Below are positions 60,101-64,000 of a DNA stretch of 64,000 nucleotides, in pieces. Each line of letters opens with the position of its first letter. Within the stretch, counting starts at the first letter, position 1. The DNA comes from Alphaproteobacteria bacterium (GTDB lineage: Bacteria; Pseudomonadota; Alphaproteobacteria; GCA-2731375), in assembly GCA_965232515.1 (NCBI GenBank), contig CBDDPY010000002.1, positions 64,001 to 128,000 on the forward strand. The letters run 5' to 3'. The position numbers were made by a program, and so were the translations under genes. The notes under the pieces were generated by a model that did not search any database, had not been told where the DNA came from, and saw nothing but the letters and a program-made list of their open reading frames with translations.

Positions 60101-60492
60101 CAGAGGCTTATCTGCGGGCCGGCCGACTGGACGATGCCCGTGACTGGGCCAAGCGCAGCTTCGATCTGACTTCGCAGACCAAGGAGCGCGCCCACCACGC
60201 CGGTTCGCTGAAGCTGCTGGGCGACATCCACCGCAAGGCAGGCAGGCAGGAACATGCCGACGCCGAGCGGGCCTATGGCGAAGCCATCGCGCTCGCCGAG
60301 AACTGCGAGATGCGGCCGCTGATCGCCCGGTGTCGGCTATCGCTCGGCAAGCTCCATCTTGCGGGCAATCGTCAGGCAGAGGCAGCCGACGCGCTCGCCG
60401 CGGCCGCCGCGCTGTTCGAACAGATGGGACTGGAGCGGCTGCTCCGGCAGGTGCAGCAACAGCAGGGCGCCTTAGTCCACGCCCGCGCTTGA
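57136..60492 (+). CDS. Double zinc ribbon - class III cyclase - AAA/STAND ATPase - TPR multidomain protein
   Basis: Four CxxC; LFADITGST, GDG.MALFG, RVGLHSG; FVGRE, GEPGMGKS, IEDLHWID, GTPLFLEE, FKHALT; TPR-like tail. Confidence 0.92.
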   Translation: MLCHRCGAENADDRRFCRDCGASLKVVCAACGFENEPGAKFCGGCGVKLAAADAAEPGALQPRLPRHLAERILSSRAALVGERKQVTILFADITGSTAMIEALDPEQAAKRLEPTLRLMMEAVHRFEGTVNRVHGDGIMALFGAPLALEDHAAAACFSALAMQDAVKAATDLDTRIRVGLHSGEVVVRSIDNDLSMDYDAVGAAVHVANRMEQLAAPGGIRLTGKTRQMAEGFIRTRPLGAAPVKGISEPIRIYELTGRTTVRTSWEVRAARGLTTFVGREADMGRLISAIERASGGLGQIAAIMGEPGMGKSRLVHEFVSRHRPQGWAVFEAGGVRHGEHTPYLPASNLLRTWAEIGDRDSQADITRKISERLASVDQQMLHALPAFQAVLDVPVDDVAWRDLDPTQKRRRIIEALKTLILRSTEVVPLLLVIEDLHWIDAETLTIINDLVASLGKYRVLVLVTYRPEFTHRWGGQDNCTLIQTEPLVADTAERLLSAMLGNDASLDQLKQLLIARSEGTPLFLEESVRTLVETGVLTGEPGDYGLNQLLDEIDIPDSVQAVLAARIDRLPPEHKNLLQSASVIGKDVPVDLLREIEGLPAEELRQRLAELQTSEFLYETRLLPDQEFTFKHALTHEVAYDSVLLEQRRNLHARVVAIIEGNQPERLEEQVDRLADHAFRGELWDKAARYHLQACARAIGRSAIRETIALFERGLEALSHLPDNPLKAKLAIDLRLVAVGAFIPFGAQERMVAELREAERLAASVEDERRLGSVSSQLCVTLWMMGDHARALEAGERAVKISEATDNYPQQLAARFSVGMVRHAFGEFRQSIDIHRALLDEVSGGELQYKRMGWAAYPSVFIQTFLASALIEIGEFAEARAHVDDGCRVADEVAHPYSQVTIHDFKGHLLLAMGEVDAAVEVLEICYARCQEEDILTLMPSVLSRLGTAYARSGRVDEAIAVLERAANPKLYSRGGRYTWTWVFQALAEAYLRAGRLDDARDWAKRSFDLTSQTKERAHHAGSLKLLGDIHRKAGRQEHADAERAYGEAIALAENCEMRPLIARCRLSLGKLHLAGNRQAEAADALAAAAALFEQMGLERLLRQVQQQQGALVHARA

Positions 60493-60505
60493 ACGATTTT
60501 CGACT

Positions 60506-61957
60506 TTAGAGCGCCGAGAGATAGCGCAGCGCGTTGATGCCCGGCATGAAAAAGTAGCCGCCGCCCTTGACGGTGACGAAGCGGGGAATACCGGTCACCC
60601 GTTGACGGACCGGCGCGCCGGGCACGGTCATGACGCCGCCGGCGCCAGCCGGCTGGTCGCCCAGCAGCGGGTCCTTTTCGTCATAGAGACCGTGGAACTT
60701 GGTGCTGTTCAGCCAGGTCTGCTGCACGAACTCGAACTGCCGCTCGATATTGGCGGCGACGCAGATGAACATCAGGCCGCGCTCGCGCTGGTCTGCCTTG
60801 TCGAAGCGGTCGGCGAGGCGGGGCCCGTAGATGCGGCCCCGCCTGAGCATGCGATGGCGGTTGGCGAGCTGCGCCGCCTCCGCCGGATCGTCCAGCAGGG
60901 AGTCGCGGGGATTGGCGCGTCGGATATGAGCCCCGATCGGGCAGCGGTAGCCCTGTCGGTCGTCGGCATGGAAGCCGAAGTTGTTGTCGTGCGCCCGGCG
61001 CCGGTCGTCCTCATGCGGCGTGACCGTCAAGGGCGCGCCGCTGCGCCAGCGGCCGACGAACTTCGCCGCCAGCAGCTCCATGGCATCGGCATCCGACGCG
61101 CCGGGTTCGATGCCCGACGCCTGGGCGACGAAGTGCCAGAAGCCGGCGACGTCCTGCGCCAGCTGGCGCACCACCAGATAGCTGCCATTGAATCCGAAAT
61201 CGCGGCGTCCGCCCTGGAGATCGTCGGTCATCGGCAGCAGTCGCTTGGCGTTCTCGTCGCGCGCCACCGAGGGGGACAGGGGGCGCTGACCGTGTTCGTT
61301 CAGATAGCCGAGCACGAACTCACCGGCTTTGACCGTACCGGTCGGTCCGGCCAGGATCGAAATCCGGCGGGCGCGTGGGGTGTCGGCGATCACCGGCTGC
61401 GAAATCCCGTCGCGGAACCCGAAATGCTCGAGCCCCTCGTCGGGGGACCGGGCGCGCAAGGGCTCGCCGACGACATGGCCGGCCGCGTCAAACTGTGCCG
61501 TGTGTTTGGCGATCATGTCATCGAGCGTCTGGGCTTCGGGCGCGAACAGCAACAGCAACACATGGATGGCGTCGCCGTTCTTATCTTCGGCGCCCCATTG
61601 CCAGTTTTCCGGCGCACTTGCGTCGGTGTCGCCGAGGACTTTCGAGCGCAGCGGCGCCGCCATGCCTTCGCGGAAGTACCAAGGGAAGGTATCGAGGGCG
61701 CCGTCCGACAGTCCGAGCGCCTTCAAGCCGTCCCAGGTGAAGGCGATGTTGAGCTTGTTCGCCGGCTTCGCGCGTTCGTTTTCGAGCTCGACCCTGCCGC
61801 GCAGCTTCGATGTGGTCACCTGATCGGTAAGTTTCGTCAGCCAGGCGCGCGCGGCCGCCGGATCATCGATGTGCAGCAGCAGATAACAGGCCTGCGGCGC
61901 TTCCGGATAGCCCCGTAGCACCATGCCCTGAACGTCGCCCCAATCGACCGGTCTCAT
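60506..61957 (-). CDS. Dye-decolorizing (DyP-type) heme peroxidase, no signal peptide
   Basis: DVQG, EHFGFRDGISQP (GxxDG), GSYLV.RQL.Q, GRW.SGAP, CP.GAHIRRANPR, HR.LRRG, QFEFVQ, GG.YFF.P. Confidence 0.9.
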   Translation of the reverse strand: MRPVDWGDVQGMVLRGYPEAPQACYLLLHIDDPAAARAWLTKLTDQVTTSKLRGRVELENERAKPANKLNIAFTWDGLKALGLSDGALDTFPWYFREGMAAPLRSKVLGDTDASAPENWQWGAEDKNGDAIHVLLLLFAPEAQTLDDMIAKHTAQFDAAGHVVGEPLRARSPDEGLEHFGFRDGISQPVIADTPRARRISILAGPTGTVKAGEFVLGYLNEHGQRPLSPSVARDENAKRLLPMTDDLQGGRRDFGFNGSYLVVRQLAQDVAGFWHFVAQASGIEPGASDADAMELLAAKFVGRWRSGAPLTVTPHEDDRRRAHDNNFGFHADDRQGYRCPIGAHIRRANPRDSLLDDPAEAAQLANRHRMLRRGRIYGPRLADRFDKADQRERGLMFICVAANIERQFEFVQQTWLNSTKFHGLYDEKDPLLGDQPAGAGGVMTVPGAPVRQRVTGIPRFVTVKGGGYFFMPGINALRYLSAL

Positions 61958-61975
61958 GCGCTTCGTTTCCCGCCG

Positions 61976-63415
61976 CTAGACCAGCCGGAGCCAGGCATCG
62001 AGGTCGGCCTTACCCGGCGCGGCGCACAGCGCCTCGCGCTGGACCGTGTTGTCGTCGACGTTTCGCACGGTTTCCGTTGGATAGGCCTGATACCAGGCGA
62101 GCGTCGGAAACTGGCTGTTGCGCGCGTAGTTCTTGAACCGCTGTTCGTCGCGCGAGCCTTCAAGAACCAGGAACTTGCTGCGCGGGAAGCCTTCGCTGTT
62201 GCTCCAGACCGCGGTGACGCCGGTGCTGGCCTGATCGATGAAGTCGCTCAGATAGCTGTCCCAGCTGCCGTCATAGTTGGTCAGGAACAGGAGCCAATGG
62301 GTATCGCCTCGCTGGATGATGACCCAACGCGCGAAATGGATTGTGGCGATCTCGCCAAGCTTGCCCTGGTTCCAATAGATCCGACCGGCAAGGTTTATCG
62401 TGTGCAGCACGGTGCGCAGGGTCAGATAGCGGAACCGGCCGGGCTTGACCTTGGTCAGGCTGCAGAAGTGGTTCTGGATGCTGCCGCGGCCGAATTCGCG
62501 TTCCAGGATCTGTTCCCGATAGGCGCTGTTCCAGGGGTGGTCGTGTTCCGGATCGCGCCGTTCGCGACGCCGGATGGCGATGAGAAACAGACCGATCAGT
62601 GCGCCGGCGACAAGGACCGGCAACACGAGCCAAGCGGTCAATTCGCCGGTTTCGGCCAAGGCACGGCCGACCGCGGCGGTCGCGGCGCCGCTGACATCGA
62701 ACTGCAGGAGCGCCAAGGCCAGATCGGCGGTCACCAGCAGCCCGAAGGCGATCGCCAGCGCGAGGAGCGCGAACAGCAATATGGCCACGACGACCACGTA
62801 GATGCGGAACAGCCGCTTCAACACCCACCAGATGCCGCGAAGGATCTGCCGGCCGTGCCGAACCAGGAATGGGCGTTGGCGAAGCGCCAGATCGATATCG
62901 CCGATCTTGCGGCGGACGGCGTCATGGATTGCCTCGGGCGCGGGATCGCCGCCGCCGGATCGAAGCGGCATCTCGTCGATCAGACGTTGGACTTCGTGGC
63001 GCAATGCGTCTTCCTGTCTGACCTGACGCGCCGAGCGGCCCGGGCAGCCGGTGTAGTAGCAGTCGGCGCCCACATTGCGCCCGAGCAGGAAAGAGCCGAG
63101 GCGATCGTTGCTGTCCGGACAGTCGACGCAGTGCGAAAAGATCTCGCCGAGCGCCTCTCGGCCGGCCGGCGTCGCCACGAGTTGCGCGACGAATTCGTCG
63201 GCGTCGCCGTCGAAATTGGCCTCGAACACCAGACAGGGCAGGGCGTCCGGGATCTCGATGATGACGAAGCTGGCGAAATGCAGCGTGTCGATGCCCGCGA
63301 AGGCGGCAAAATGCCCGTCGGCGAGCTGCGCATCCACCTCTGTCAGCTTCTGACGCAAGGCGGCGATCCGCTGTTCGTCGATTTCGGCCAGGACGGTAAG
63401 GGTATCCTTTTTCAT
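61976..63415 (-). CDS. Uncharacterised protein with two homologous HFA...N(F/Y)DG domains separated by TM helices
   Basis: TLHFASFV...LVFEANFDG and TIHFARWV...LLFLTNYDG; two hydrophobic segments between them; ATGA overlap with the P450 stop. Confidence 0.8.
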   Translation of the reverse strand: MKKDTLTVLAEIDEQRIAALRQKLTEVDAQLADGHFAAFAGIDTLHFASFVIIEIPDALPCLVFEANFDGDADEFVAQLVATPAGREALGEIFSHCVDCPDSNDRLGSFLLGRNVGADCYYTGCPGRSARQVRQEDALRHEVQRLIDEMPLRSGGGDPAPEAIHDAVRRKIGDIDLALRQRPFLVRHGRQILRGIWWVLKRLFRIYVVVVAILLFALLALAIAFGLLVTADLALALLQFDVSGAATAAVGRALAETGELTAWLVLPVLVAGALIGLFLIAIRRRERRDPEHDHPWNSAYREQILEREFGRGSIQNHFCSLTKVKPGRFRYLTLRTVLHTINLAGRIYWNQGKLGEIATIHFARWVIIQRGDTHWLLFLTNYDGSWDSYLSDFIDQASTGVTAVWSNSEGFPRSKFLVLEGSRDEQRFKNYARNSQFPTLAWYQAYPTETVRNVDDNTVQREALCAAPGKADLDAWLRLV

Positions 63416-64000
63416 GCCGATCCCGCTCGATCGAACAGCAATATCAACCGGTCGACGGCCGGCCCGTCGTAGCGGATACGGCCTTTGCCGCCGGGGGCGC
63501 GCCGCAGATTCTGCAACCGCATCAACTGCATCACCATGGCCGGGATCTGCGCCTGCGCGATCTGGCGGCCGAAGCACTCATGCATGCCGTGGCCGAAATG
63601 CAGATAACCGCCGATGGCGCGGCCGGGCTTGAAGCGGTCGGGCGTATAGAACGCGTCCGGATCGAACATCGCGGACAGCGTCGCCAGCAGCACCGAGCTG
63701 CCGCCGGCGATTTCGGTTGCGCCGGGCTTGTTGGCGCGCAACACCGTATCGCGGGGACAGAACCGCGGTTGCATGGGGAACAGCGGATTGAACCGCAGCG
63801 CCTCGAAGGCGAAGTGGCCAACGGCCTTCAGATCGTCCGCCTCGGCCGCGGCCCGCGCGCCATCGTGCGCGTCCGGCCGTTTCAGGAGTTGGTAGATCAA
63901 GAGGGTCATCGCCTTGGTCACGGGCGCGGTGCCGGTGACGCAGAGACCGGCGATATTGCGTTGAACCACGTCGAGCGTGATGACGTTCGAATTGGCGAGG
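63412..64000 (-). CDS. Cytochrome P450, C-terminal part (5' end outside the window)
   Basis: EALRFNP (ExxR), PDRF, heme motif FGHGMHECFG; frame open to the window edge. Confidence 0.92.
   Translation of the reverse strand, partial: LANSNVITLDVVQRNIAGLCVTGTAPVTKAMTLLIYQLLKRPDAHDGARAAAEADDLKAVGHFAFEALRFNPLFPMQPRFCPRDTVLRANKPGATEIAGGSSVLLATLSAMFDPDAFYTPDRFKPGRAIGGYLHFGHGMHECFGRQIAQAQIPAMVMQLMRLQNLRRAPGGKGRIRYDGPAVDRLILLFDRAGSA

Overview
High-GC (roughly two-thirds by eye) bacterial chromosomal window, most consistent with an alphaproteobacterium (REP-like repeat families, TTT transporter, ECF41, LiuR-like box; taxonomy is inference). I call about 55 CDSs and no rRNA, tRNA, CRISPR array or transposase. 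Contents: an aromatic-amino-acid-type ABC transporter, alkC, phoD, two LLM oxidoreductases, an AurF-like diiron protein, ECF41 with an AhpD/CMD partner, a CYTH-CHAD plus orphan ParA pair, glnS, two PEP-CTERM proteins, a 7TMR-DISM two-component system, an Rrf2/DUF2306 unit, a large acyl-CoA catabolic region (five CaiB/BaiF CoA-transferases in the window, CitE-like lyase, crotonases, ACAD, mmsB, tctCBA) and three class III nucleotide cyclases. Best leads: (1) a coupled operon at the right edge of an atypical P450, an internally duplicated His-motif membrane protein and a DyP peroxidase, next to a cyclase-STAND-TPR gene; (2) a variable slot at 30.6-38.0 kb holding a STAND ATPase/helical-repeat gene with an in-frame TAA and a ~81%-identical relic of the flanking LLM gene; (3) a five-unit Pho-box-like array with a -10 element pointing at no gene, beside the CHAD-ParA pair; (4) a LiuR-like box before the diiron gene; (5) an acyl-CoA dehydrogenase that appears to start at ATC. 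All family calls come from motif recognition by eye, not database searches.
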